A DNA stretch of 32,000 nucleotides from Opitutales bacterium. Lineage in GTDB: Bacteria > Verrucomicrobiota > Verrucomicrobiia > Opitutales > Coraliomargaritaceae. The notes under the pieces were generated by a model. The model was not told the origin of the DNA, did not search any database, and was given only the letters and a program-made list of their open reading frames with translations. The DNA is taken from NCBI GenBank assembly GCA_049606355.1, contig JBMYVL010000002.1, forward strand, positions 30,001 through 62,000, written 5' to 3'. The first letter of the stretch is position 1. Every line of letters starts with the position of its first letter. Below, piece by piece: positions 23,089-31,583 of this stretch. Made by a program: the position numbers and the translations under genes.

Positions 23089-24207
23089 ATGAGCACTCAT
23101 ATTCAACTTGGCATGGCTGAGTATGCTCGGCGCCGTCAGCGACTCGGCTTGCATGGTAAAGTGTTATTAGCAGGCTGGACTGTACTTGTAGCTTATGTGC
23201 TTCTGCGTAATTACCAATATTTGGAAGCAGGCATGCTAAAGCCAAACTTTAGGGTCATCCACCAAGCCTACGATTTTAATTTATGGGAGTTGCCGCTGAC
23301 CTTGGTTACTTTGGCTGTTTTTTCTTTGCTGGCAGGTAAGCTTGCGGGGAGGGCTTATTATTGGTGTGCGGGCATTTTGTGTTTCCTCGCTCTCGATTTA
23401 TTTGGCCTTCGTTACTACATGAGTACAGTGGAACCACAGCGACTGGTGGTACGACATGTTCGCCTCGAGTCGCCGAAATTGAGCGGTTCGTTACGCATCT
23501 TGCATCTTTCCGACATCCAATCCGGAGAAATAGGGGATTATGAGGCCAAAATATTTAAGACCATCAATGCGCTGAAGCCTGATATAATTTTGAATACGGG
23601 TGATTATTTGCAGGCAGTCCCACCTGCGACCTTCCAATCTGAATTCCCTAAATTTATTGAGCTAATTGAGACGACCGATCCATTGTACGGCACTTATGGA
23701 GTTTTTGGTGACACAGAACTGGAAATGTATCGAGTCCCGCAACAAGAGCTTCGAGGCTTGAAGCTTCTTTCGTCTCGATTTGAACAAATTAAGACTTATG
23801 CGGGTGAAATCAGCCTACTTGGCTTGAGTCTGTATGAGTCAAAAAACCCGGAGTGGGCGGCACGTACCGCAAAGCGATGGCTTGAGGCCACCCCGGATAG
23901 TGACTTTAGGATACTATTCGGCCATTCTCCGGACTACGCGCTTGCGATGGGTGAGCTGCCGATCGACTTGTGTCTTGCTGGGCACACGCACGGTGGACAG
24001 GTGCGCTTGCCCTACTGGGGTGCATTGGTGATTGATAGTGAGGTGCCGGAAGCATGGTCGAGTGGTTTTCGCCGTATCGGTATACCTTATCTAAATGTCT
24101 CCGCCGGTGCTGGGTCGAATCGTTTTGGTGGCTTGCCCCCCATGCGGCTTAATTGTCCGACTGAAATGACGTTGATTGAATTGGCGCCGATAAAATCGAT
24201 TCGTTGA
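23089..24207 (+). CDS. Membrane-anchored calcineurin-like metallophosphoesterase (YaeI-like)
   Basis: N-terminal hydrophobic segments, then ILHLSDIQSG, NTGDY, GVFGDTE, GHSPD, AGHTHGGQVRLP. The start is uncertain: ATG at 23089 with GAGG 13 nt upstream, or ATG at 23044. Confidence 0.8.
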   Translation: MSTHIQLGMAEYARRRQRLGLHGKVLLAGWTVLVAYVLLRNYQYLEAGMLKPNFRVIHQAYDFNLWELPLTLVTLAVFSLLAGKLAGRAYYWCAGILCFLALDLFGLRYYMSTVEPQRLVVRHVRLESPKLSGSLRILHLSDIQSGEIGDYEAKIFKTINALKPDIILNTGDYLQAVPPATFQSEFPKFIELIETTDPLYGTYGVFGDTELEMYRVPQQELRGLKLLSSRFEQIKTYAGEISLLGLSLYESKNPEWAARTAKRWLEATPDSDFRILFGHSPDYALAMGELPIDLCLAGHTHGGQVRLPYWGALVIDSEVPEAWSSGFRRIGIPYLNVSAGAGSNRFGGLPPMRLNCPTEMTLIELAPIKSIR

Positions 24208-24265
24208 CTGGCGAAGCTCGAAACAACACACAGCCGAGCACTGCTAAGAGTAGGATAATTAGCAA

Positions 24266-24312
24266 TATGGATAGACTGCTGCGTTCCTGTTGTGTGAGGC
24301 GTATGGATAGAC
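24266..24312. repeat. Two copies of the 11-mer TATGGATAGAC in direct orientation, 36 bp start to start
   Basis: Exact copies at 24266-24276 and 24302-24312, in the 169-nt gap upstream of the lipoprotein gene. Confidence 0.6.
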
Positions 24313-24332
24313 AGAAGTGAGTGGATTATATA
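24304..24332 (+). promoter_or_regulatory. Putative promoter for the lipoprotein gene
   Basis: TGGATA-N17-TATATA. The -35-like hexamer lies inside the second 11-mer repeat, and the -10 ends 44 nt before the ATG at 24377. Confidence 0.35.
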
Positions 24333-24376
24333 AGCGCAAGATTTGAACACGGCTGTATCGCTGATAGAGGTAACTT

Positions 24377-24904
24377 ATGAAGTTTTTCACTCTATGTCTT
24401 CTGCTTGTTCCTATTTTTATGGCGGGTTGTCGCCATCAGGACCATAGCCATTTGTCACTGGGTGCAGACGATCGTACAATCAATCATTTCACCTACTTCA
24501 GCGTTTTAGATGCAAGCTGCACTGGAAGTACATGGCGCGATCCTGATCGTGCAGCTATTGAGAGCGCTTCAGCTCGCTATCTGCACCGAACTCTAAGGGA
24601 TCTGGGTTATTTGGGTGCCAGCGACCCTATGGAATCGGACTTTTTGGTTACTGCAGAGTGGTCGAAGCGGCTTGTTCTTCGCCCGCACAGTCGCCGTTTG
24701 TTCGACCGATCGCCCGATCGAGATAAGTTTTTCCCAGAGGTCTGCGTCAGCTTGCAAGTACGTGCGAAATCGTACGCTTCCGGAGAGGTTTTGTGGTATG
24801 CCGAATTAAGGAATGCATTTACCATACTAGACCTTAGTCAGGCACGCATCGAAAAAGCTCTTGAGGACGCCCTGCTAAACTTTCCAGTAAAGCACAACAG
24901 GTGA
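24377..24904 (+). CDS. Hypothetical lipoprotein
   Basis: Signal peptide plus lipobox, MKFFTLCLLLVPIFMAGC. I recognise no catalytic motif. Confidence 0.6.
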   Translation: MKFFTLCLLLVPIFMAGCRHQDHSHLSLGADDRTINHFTYFSVLDASCTGSTWRDPDRAAIESASARYLHRTLRDLGYLGASDPMESDFLVTAEWSKRLVLRPHSRRLFDRSPDRDKFFPEVCVSLQVRAKSYASGEVLWYAELRNAFTILDLSQARIEKALEDALLNFPVKHNR

Positions 24905-25019
24905 TTCTTGGAGTTTTTGCAGATGATTAGCGGCCCTCCGGTTGAGTGTTTCCTTCGCGAGTCAGTCGATGCCGTTGCTTGCTAGCGCACTCGTATTGAA
25001 ACAGCGTGACTCGCTCAGC

Positions 25020-25808
25020 CTAATGGGATCCGGGTAAACGTGGTTGAACGGTTTCGATGAACTGATCCACCGCAGTTGCACTGGCGCTCGGCGCTTCGAG
25101 GTGAGGCATATGGCCAGCGCCTTCGATTGTGATATGTTTTGCACTCGGTAGGTGATCAGCCATCTTTGTGCCGATCTTCGTATACTGAGGGTCATTCGCT
25201 CCGGTCAAAATTAAGATCGGCATTGTCAACTGAGACAGTCGTGCTTGTAGGTTTGGGCAGCTACCCTGTCCGAATTCCCGCAGACTGGCTGCCAAACCAC
25301 GGACACAATGCTGAACGCGGTTCGCTTGCATGCGTGCGCGGTGCTCCGCTGCGATCTTTTGCTGACTTTGTATCAACGGCGTCTCTTGCCAGTATTGAAT
25401 AAAAGCAGGCACGCCCTCACGCTCAATGCGTTCTGCTAGCGCGTTATCAAGGATGCGGCGACGTTCGCGTTGACTCGCTTGTTGAATGCCCGGATTTGGG
25501 CTAATTAAAATTAAGGCCTTCCATCTCGCAGGATTCGTAAGTGCGAACTGTAGTGATGCGCGCGCACCCATTGAATAGCCGATTAAGAAATCCGGAGTGG
25601 GCGTGCAGTCGGTGAGCGTTGCCTCTAGGTGCTGGAGCGTAGCAGCAGGGTCGCAGTGAATTGGCAGATGGCTTTGTTGGGCTCCATGCCCTGGGAGGTT
25701 GGGGCAATGCCAATGATCCAGGCTATGGCAAAGCGGCGAGAACCCATCAAAGTCCTCGCCGCATCCGGTAAAGCCATGTAAGGCTAAAACTGCTGTTTTT
25801 TTAGTCAA
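25020..25808 (-). CDS. Alpha/beta-fold hydrolase, MenH-like
   Basis: LALHGFTGCGEDF (oxyanion region), nucleophile elbow GYSMGA, and C-terminal GAGHMPHLE. The start is ambiguous: only TTG codons are available (25877, 25841, 25808). I chose 25808, which gives MTKKTAVLALHGF and an 8-nt overlap with the upstream cyclophilin gene. Confidence 0.7.
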   Translation of the reverse strand: MTKKTAVLALHGFTGCGEDFDGFSPLCHSLDHWHCPNLPGHGAQQSHLPIHCDPAATLQHLEATLTDCTPTPDFLIGYSMGARASLQFALTNPARWKALILISPNPGIQQASQRERRRILDNALAERIEREGVPAFIQYWQETPLIQSQQKIAAEHRARMQANRVQHCVRGLAASLREFGQGSCPNLQARLSQLTMPILILTGANDPQYTKIGTKMADHLPSAKHITIEGAGHMPHLEAPSASATAVDQFIETVQPRLPGSH

Positions 25809-26271
25809 CGACCGTGGCAGAAATGATCTTTTGATCTTCAACAGGGCGATCTCCGGGCCCTTTCTGCACTTTTTCAAGTTTTTCTACAACATCCATACCG
25901 GCGACGACTTCACCAAATATCGTGTGACGCATGTGTAACCAAGGCGTTGCGACCGTGGTGATAAAAAATTGACTCCCATTCGTGCCTGGTCCGGCGTTTG
26001 CCATCGCTAGCAGGCCCGGCTTGTCAAAGGCGACATCCTGTGCGCACTCGTCCTCGAAGGGTTTGCCCCAAATTGACTCGCCTCCCATACCTGTGCCGGT
26101 TGGGTCGCCACCCTGTATCATAAATTCTTCGATGATGCGGTGAAACAGGATACCATTGTAGTAGCCGTTCTTAATGTGGGTCGTAAAGTTTTCGCAGGTC
26201 TTCGGCGCGATAGCTTCAAAGAGCTTAAATTCTATATTACCTTGTGTGGTTTCGAGAGTGACGTTTGCCAT
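25801..26271 (-). CDS. ppiB: Cyclophilin-type peptidyl-prolyl cis-trans isomerase
   Basis: YYNGILFHRIIEEFMIQGGDPTGTGMGGESIWG, NAGPGTNGSQFFIT; 156 aa. Confidence 0.92.
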   Translation of the reverse strand: MANVTLETTQGNIEFKLFEAIAPKTCENFTTHIKNGYYNGILFHRIIEEFMIQGGDPTGTGMGGESIWGKPFEDECAQDVAFDKPGLLAMANAGPGTNGSQFFITTVATPWLHMRHTIFGEVVAGMDVVEKLEKVQKGPGDRPVEDQKIISATVVD

Positions 26272-26344
26272 AACGGATTAGGAGTTGATTGTGGATGTTG
26301 CGCCTTCGTCCTTGAACGTTGGCGAGAACGGAAACGATCATGTG

Positions 26345-27877
26345 TCATTGGTGGAAATGCGAAATCGTTTCAACGACGAAATGATCTAAGCTGGAGTGGG
26401 GGGCTTCGAAGGCAACCGGTAAATGGAGGGATTCGAGAGCCTTTGAGGTGATCGGTCCGATACTGCCCAAGGCCGGTTGTTTCGCATCGTCATCCAGCTT
26501 AAGCGCGTCCTGCTGATCAACGAAAGACTGCACCGTAGATGAGCTAGTAAACAGCACCGCATCGGCACCTTCTTTTCGGTAGCGCTCAGCGACTGGGTGA
26601 GCGCGGAGGTCGGTTTTACTGGTCTTGTAGAGGGGTAAGGTATCTACAATAGCTCGCCCTTCGTCTTCGAGGCGTTGAACCAATCGTTCACGGTTTTGGT
26701 TTCCGGTTATGACGAGCATTTTTACGCTATCGACTCCTTCATCTTCAATGAACTTGCTAGCCAATGCATCCGCGTTGGCTTTATCGGGTATGAGGTCGAC
26801 TTTGATATGGTGTTTTTTGATTTCACGGGCAGTCGCTGCACCGACTGCAGCGACTCGCATTGGCCCTAAGCAGCGAATGTCTTGGTACGCCTTATAAAAG
26901 AGGTCGAAAAAGGTCCGAACCCCATTGGCACTTGTGAAAATAATCCATTCGTAAATTGCGATTTCTGCAAACACCTCGGTGAGGGCTTTGGGATCAAAAT
27001 GTTCTTCTACCTGAATGAAGGGAAGTTCAAGTACCTCGGCACCTTGCGCTTCAAGCATTTCAGTTAGTTGCCCGGCTTGCTCTCGAGCACGTGTGACTAC
27101 AATTCGCTTGCCGAATAATGCCCGTCCCTCGAACCATTCTGTCTTTGCGCGCTTTGAGACGACTTCACCTATTATTATCATGGCAGGTGTGTGGATGCCC
27201 GCAGCCTCCATGACTTCAAGAATCGTATCGACTGTACCGTAGACGGAACGTTGACGGTTGAGCGTTGCCCACTCGATGATGCCGATCGGCTTTGTTCCAG
27301 GCATCCCGCCTTGCTTTAGCTCAGCGATGATGCGCGGTAATTGGCCAATTCCCATATAGATACAGAGTGTCCCTTTGATCGCACCATATTGCCTGAAGTC
27401 TAAAGTGAGTGTCTGCTTATCTGGGTTTTCATGGCCTGTGAGAAAAGTGATTGAAGAACTGTAGTCTCGGTGGGAGAGGGGAATGCCGGCATAGGCTGCT
27501 GCCGCTAATGCCGCAGTAACGCCTGGCACGACCTCAAACGGTATGCCATCCGATTGGAGTTCGGCCATTTCTTCACCGCCTCGCCCAAAGATAAACGGAT
27601 CACCCCCTTTGAGTCGAACAACTTGTAAGCCTTGGCGTGCTCGGTTGACTAAAATTGCCTCGATTTCTTCCTGTGGCTTAGAATGACGTCCGGCGCTTTT
27701 ACCGACAAAGATATGTTCGGCATCCGAGCGTGACCATGCGAGTAGCTTAGGATTCGCTAAGTAGTCATAGACGATGACGTCAGCGGCTTCAATGAGTTCG
27801 CGGGCTCGCACAGTAAGCAAGCCAGGGTCACCAGGGCCGGCACCGATAAGGTAAACTTTTCCAATTGTTTCAGACAT
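26345..27877 (-). CDS. Bifunctional uroporphyrinogen-III C-methyltransferase / uroporphyrinogen-III synthase (CobA-HemD fusion)
   Basis: The N-terminal half has [36 protein letters not shown] and the TP_methylase fold motifs. The C-terminal ~250 aa are HemD-like ([14 protein letters not shown]..., [15 protein letters not shown]). I chose the ATG at 27877 ([12 protein letters not shown]); the ORF opens at 27919. Confidence 0.88.
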   Translation of the reverse strand: MSETIGKVYLIGAGPGDPGLLTVRARELIEAADVIVYDYLANPKLLAWSRSDAEHIFVGKSAGRHSKPQEEIEAILVNRARQGLQVVRLKGGDPFIFGRGGEEMAELQSDGIPFEVVPGVTAALAAAAYAGIPLSHRDYSSSITFLTGHENPDKQTLTLDFRQYGAIKGTLCIYMGIGQLPRIIAELKQGGMPGTKPIGIIEWATLNRQRSVYGTVDTILEVMEAAGIHTPAMIIIGEVVSKRAKTEWFEGRALFGKRIVVTRAREQAGQLTEMLEAQGAEVLELPFIQVEEHFDPKALTEVFAEIAIYEWIIFTSANGVRTFFDLFYKAYQDIRCLGPMRVAAVGAATAREIKKHHIKVDLIPDKANADALASKFIEDEGVDSVKMLVITGNQNRERLVQRLEDEGRAIVDTLPLYKTSKTDLRAHPVAERYRKEGADAVLFTSSSTVQSFVDQQDALKLDDDAKQPALGSIGPITSKALESLHLPVAFEAPHSSLDHFVVETISHFHQ

Positions 27878-27983
27878 TTTATTAAAGGAGAGATGCGCAA
27901 GAGATTTAGTCTCCTCCACGCAGTGAAATCGAAGGAGTAAGGAGCGTTGTCATTTATATGCTTCGAGGCAGACAGCCCCAGCG

Positions 27984-28844
27984 TTAGTCTAGGTTTAAAT
28001 CTTTGAGGATCGCAGTCAGTATGCCAGCAATCTCGAGGCAATCTTCCAATTCAAATTGGTAGGTCGTGTAACCGATAACTGGGTGAAAGATATAAAAAGT
28101 TTCGCCATCGTAGTATGCGCCAACGGGGGTTTGGCAGCCGCCTCCAAGGCGATGCAAAAATTCACGTTCGAGTGTGACGGCTAGTTTGGTTTTAGAGCAA
28201 AAGAGATGTTCATACTTGGTGAGGTCCTGTTCGCGGCACTGAATCGCGATTGCAGCTTGGCCTGGCGCAGGAACCATCGTTTCAAGCGGAAGTTCGATAA
28301 AAGTTAGTCCTGCGTAGGTATCGATACCAAGTCGATCGAGTCCAGCAGCTGCCAGTAGCGTAGCATCGGCAGACTCCCCAGTAGCTATTTTTTGCAGTCG
28401 GGTGCCGACGTTGCCACGTAGGGATACCCACTCGATATTTTCAAAATGGAGATCCATCTGGGTTCGGCGACGCGGGCTACTGGTTGCGATGGATCGGGGT
28501 TGCTCCAGATCGTTGCGCTGAACGAGCACGTCATGCGCACGCGCACGAGGGAGGTAGCCTGCGATGCACAGACCCTCGGTAGCAGTGGTCGGCATGTCTT
28601 TAGCGCTGTGTACCGCCAAAGTGGCCTTGCCTTCAAGTAGTGCAGCCTCGAGTTCTTTAGTGAATAGTCCAATGCCACCGCGCTTTTCGAGGGACCAACT
28701 CAAGCGTTCGTCGACTTGAGTCGTCAGTTGGAGCATTTCGTAGTGGTCCTCAGGTAGCTTCGACTTGAGCCATGCATCGACTAACTCAGTTTGCCTGAGG
28801 GCGAGTGGGCTTTTGCGGGTGGCTATGCGAATTGATTGGACCAT
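27984..28844 (-). CDS. hemC: Hydroxymethylbilane synthase (porphobilinogen deaminase)
   Basis: MVQSIRIATRKSPLALRQTE aligns with the E. coli HemC N-terminus. Also AVHSAKDMP, SSPRR, RGNVGTRL, GGCQTPVGAY. The ORF opens at 28874. Confidence 0.92.
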   Translation of the reverse strand: MVQSIRIATRKSPLALRQTELVDAWLKSKLPEDHYEMLQLTTQVDERLSWSLEKRGGIGLFTKELEAALLEGKATLAVHSAKDMPTTATEGLCIAGYLPRARAHDVLVQRNDLEQPRSIATSSPRRRTQMDLHFENIEWVSLRGNVGTRLQKIATGESADATLLAAAGLDRLGIDTYAGLTFIELPLETMVPAPGQAAIAIQCREQDLTKYEHLFCSKTKLAVTLEREFLHRLGGGCQTPVGAYYDGETFYIFHPVIGYTTYQFELEDCLEIAGILTAILKDLNLD

Positions 28845-28937
28845 GGTAGAATACTCTAAACCATCAATTGCCATAGTTCAGACGTCGAATCTAAAAGTAC
28901 GCAAGGAAGCGATGGGTCGACAAGATGCATGCAGCCT

Positions 28938-28972
28938 ATAAAAAACGGCCGCTGGATGAGCCAGCGACCGTT
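28938..28972 (-). terminator. Intrinsic terminator after ilvC
   Basis: On the minus strand: AACGGTCGCTGG-CTCAT-CCAGCGGCCGTT, a 12-bp stem with one mismatch, followed by TTTT. It lies 24 nt downstream of the ilvC stop. Confidence 0.8.
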
Positions 28973-28995
28973 TGGAAAGAGCTTTAGGAGTCGGC

Positions 28996-30024
28996 TTAAT
29001 TATATGCTGCCTGCGCACCTTCGATGTTACGCTTCTTGACCCAAGGCATGAGTGCGCGAAGTCGTTGACCTGTTTCTTCGATCTGGTGGCTTTTGCCTTC
29101 TTCGATGAACTGCTTGTACTTCGGATAGCCGGCTTTGTATTCGGCGACCCATTCTTTAGTGAACTTGCCAGTTTGAATGTCCTTGAGGATCTCGCGCATG
29201 GCCTCTTTTGAGGATTCATTGATGACACGTGGACCACTGATGTAGTCACCCCATTCGGCAGTCTCAGAAACCGAGAAACGCATGCCGGAAACACCCGATT
29301 CAACCATCAAGTCAACGATAAGCTTCAGTTCATGTAGACACTCAAAGTAAGCCATTTCGGGCTGATAGCCTGCTTCGACCAGTGTTTCGAAGCCAGCCAT
29401 TACCAGTGCGGAAGCACCGCCGCAGAGGACAGCTTGTTCGCCGAATAGGTCGGTTTCGCATTCTTCCTTGAAGGTCGTCTCAATGACCCCTGCGCGTGCA
29501 CCGCCTACACCGCCAGCCCATGCGAGGGCAATGCCATGAGCCGCATCGGAGGAACCCTCAAGAATCGCGATCAGTGCGGGGACTCCTTTGCCTTCAACAA
29601 ACTGGCTGCGTACAACATGTCCAGGACCCTTTGGAGCAACCATAATAACGTCAACACCCTCAGGCGCTTTAATTAGGCCGAAGTGGATTGCGAGGCCATG
29701 GGTGAACGCAAGTGTCTTACCTTCGGAAAGGTTGGGAGCGATATCACGTTCGTAAATTTCCGGCTGCTTCATGTCCGGAACTGCGATCATAATAACATCG
29801 GCTTTTTGGACCGCTTCGGCAGTTTCGAAGACTTCAAAACCTTGGCTTTGTGCGACTTCCCAAGACTTACTGCCTTGGTACAGGCCAATGATTACTTTTT
29901 GGCCACTATCCTTAAGGTTTTGTGCATGGGCATGGCCCTGTGAACCGTAGCCAATGATCGCTAGTGTTTTATCACTTAAGACGCTCATGTCGACGTCGGA
30001 CTCGGTATAGACTTTTGCAGGCAT
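28996..30024 (-). CDS. ilvC: Ketol-acid reductoisomerase (class I)
   Basis: [46 protein letters not shown]; 342 aa. Confidence 0.95.
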   Translation of the reverse strand: MPAKVYTESDVDMSVLSDKTLAIIGYGSQGHAHAQNLKDSGQKVIIGLYQGSKSWEVAQSQGFEVFETAEAVQKADVIMIAVPDMKQPEIYERDIAPNLSEGKTLAFTHGLAIHFGLIKAPEGVDVIMVAPKGPGHVVRSQFVEGKGVPALIAILEGSSDAAHGIALAWAGGVGGARAGVIETTFKEECETDLFGEQAVLCGGASALVMAGFETLVEAGYQPEMAYFECLHELKLIVDLMVESGVSGMRFSVSETAEWGDYISGPRVINESSKEAMREILKDIQTGKFTKEWVAEYKAGYPKYKQFIEEGKSHQIEETGQRLRALMPWVKKRNIEGAQAAYN

Positions 30025-30082
30025 AGTTTTGTAGGTTCGGGGACGATTGCCCCATCGATTAGGATTAAAAAGTTTCAGTTCG

Positions 30083-30556
30083 CTAGCCGCGTTTAAGAGC
30101 TAGATTCCCGGTTCGAGCCATTTCAATAATACCATAAGGCTCAACTAAACTGAGAAATGCGCGCACTTTGTTGGAGTTGCCCGTCATCTCAATGTTTACG
30201 CTTTCTGGTGCGACATCGATGATTTTAGCGCGGAAAATATCACAAACTTGCATGATTTCGGATCGTTGTCCTGCGGATGCGTTCACCTTTAGCATGACAA
30301 GCTCGCGTTCGGTAGCTTGACCACTGGAAAACTCAGTCACCTCCAAGACATTAACCAGTTTGTAGACTTGCTTAATAGCTTGATCCAAAGCATCGCTGTC
30401 ACCGATGATAGTAGCGGTAATGCGCGATAAGCGATTGTCCGGCATCGGCCCAACGTTGAGGGTTTCGATGTTAAAACCGCGTCCGCTAAACATCCCTGCG
30501 ATTCGAGCTAGGACTCCAAACTTGTTTTCAACTAGTATTGATATGATGTGACGCAT
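30083..30556 (-). CDS. ilvN: Acetolactate synthase small (regulatory) subunit
   Basis: ACT domain [29 protein letters not shown]; 157 aa. No large-subunit gene is adjacent. Confidence 0.9.
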   Translation of the reverse strand: MRHIISILVENKFGVLARIAGMFSGRGFNIETLNVGPMPDNRLSRITATIIGDSDALDQAIKQVYKLVNVLEVTEFSSGQATERELVMLKVNASAGQRSEIMQVCDIFRAKIIDVAPESVNIEMTGNSNKVRAFLSLVEPYGIIEMARTGNLALKRG

Positions 30557-30579
30557 AAAAATTGGGTCCGTAAGACCCA
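30557..30579 (-). terminator. Short hairpin plus U-tract between tRNA-Val and the ilvN start codon
   Basis: On the minus strand: TGGGTC-TTACG-GACCCA-A-TTTTT-ATG(ilvN). The stem is 6 bp, and the U-tract abuts the start codon. Confidence 0.4.
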
Positions 30580-30589
30580 GATGGATGAA

Positions 30590-30666
30590 TGGTAGACGGT
30601 GAGGGATTCGAACCCACGACCCCCTCGGTGTAAACGAGGTGCTCTAACCAGCTGAGCTAACCGTCC
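30590..30666 (-). tRNA. tRNA-Val (anticodon UAC), CCA encoded
   Basis: The reverse complement is GGACGGTTAGCTCAGCTGGTTAGAGCACCTCGTTTACACCGAGGGGGTCGTGGGTTCGAATCCCTCACCGTCTACCA. Anticodon loop TTTACAC; one mismatch in the T stem. Confidence 0.92.
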
Positions 30667-30837
30667 TCACAATTCAGAAAAGAGATGTAAGATGCTGCCA
30701 TCAAAGTGCAGATCAAGCCAAATTTCCCGTAAAGATCGAAGTTTTTGCCCTAAATTGATCAGCGCTGGCGATCCGGATGCATTCATCGCGCTAGTTTCAA
30801 ACCTCAACAGCGTAATGAGGGCGAAGTCGTGTCGACA

Positions 30838-30873
30838 TAAAAAAGCACCCGACTTTATCTAGGGTCGGGTGCT
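30838..30873 (-). terminator. Strong intrinsic terminator after the small basic HTH protein gene
   Basis: A 10-bp stem AGCACCCGAC/GTCGGGTGCT with a 10-nt loop, followed on the minus strand by TTTTT. It lies 20 nt downstream of the TAG stop. Confidence 0.85.
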
Positions 30874-30892
30874 GTAGAAAAGAAAACCGTAA

Positions 30893-31306
30893 CTACTTAC
30901 GCTTTTTAATTAAGCCTGCTGCGGCTTTGATATTCATCACCGTTGCAGTAGAGATCCCATATTTTTTAGCAGCAGCAGCAATCTTAGCTCCGGACTTTAG
31001 TTCGCCCACGAGTTCTTTGCGTTGTGCCTCGGAAAGTACGATACGTTTACGTGGAGCGCCACCTTTGCCGGAGCTCTTAGCGGGTCGGCGGCCACGCCCT
31101 GATTGTTTGCGAGCAATTAACTCCTCGGCAGTGATGCGGATACCTTTGGTTGCTAAATCCTTAGATAGCTTCTGCGCTTCAGCTAATTCTTTAACTGCGC
31201 CTTGAACGGCAGACTGTGCTGCGCTGGTTGCTTGCTCGACGAGTTCTTTCGAAGCGACGATGCCAGTTGGTAATTTGATATTAATTTTGATAGTACGTTT
31301 TGCCAT
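30893..31306 (-). CDS. Small (137 aa) highly basic protein with a central GRGRRP/APRKR basic patch and a C-terminal helix-turn-helix; putative DNA-binding protein of unknown family
   Basis: ATG start. It has its own terminator and an AT-rich upstream region. The C-terminus LSEAQRKELVGELKSGAKIAAAAKKYGISTATVMNIK looks like a resolvase/Hin-type HTH. Confidence 0.65.
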   Translation of the reverse strand: MAKRTIKINIKLPTGIVASKELVEQATSAAQSAVQGAVKELAEAQKLSKDLATKGIRITAEELIARKQSGRGRRPAKSSGKGGAPRKRIVLSEAQRKELVGELKSGAKIAAAAKKYGISTATVMNIKAAAGLIKKRK

Positions 31307-31327
31307 AATAAAAAATAATGACTAGTG

Positions 31328-31355
31328 GTAAATTAACTTAATTCTTTAGTGTCAA
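31328..31355 (-). promoter_or_regulatory. Possible promoter for the small basic protein gene
   Basis: A perfect TTGACA on the minus strand (31355-31350), preceded by an A-tract. No good -10 sits at 17-nt spacing (TTTACC), and TAATTT sits at only 14 nt. Confidence 0.25.
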
Positions 31356-31583
31356 TTTTTTATATTCATAAGATTGATATCCTACTACTAAATTATGATC
31401 TGACGTAACATTCGACCACTACAGAGATTATGTAGTGTCGTATGCTTTGGGCGCCCTGAGGCGCTAGACCTATGCCCTTTCGCACAGTGCTGCTAGCAGA
31501 GTAAGTGGGTTGGTCGTATGCCGTCGGGATAAAGCATCGCAGGGTAAACCAATAACCCCCTCAATTTTCTAAAAAGTATTCTT

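Noticed and set aside
24267-24320. A 17-codon mini-ORF (MDRLLRSCCVRRMDRQK) spanning the 11-mer repeats. I considered it as a possible leader peptide.
   Set aside because: No attenuator-type alternative hairpins follow it. The repeated MDR is just a consequence of the DNA repeat.
24955-25015. The inverted repeat GCGAGTCA...TGACTCGC between the convergent lipoprotein and hydrolase genes.
   Set aside because: The arms are only 8 bp with a loop of about 40 nt and no U-tract. It is a weak structure, at best a minor bidirectional pause site.
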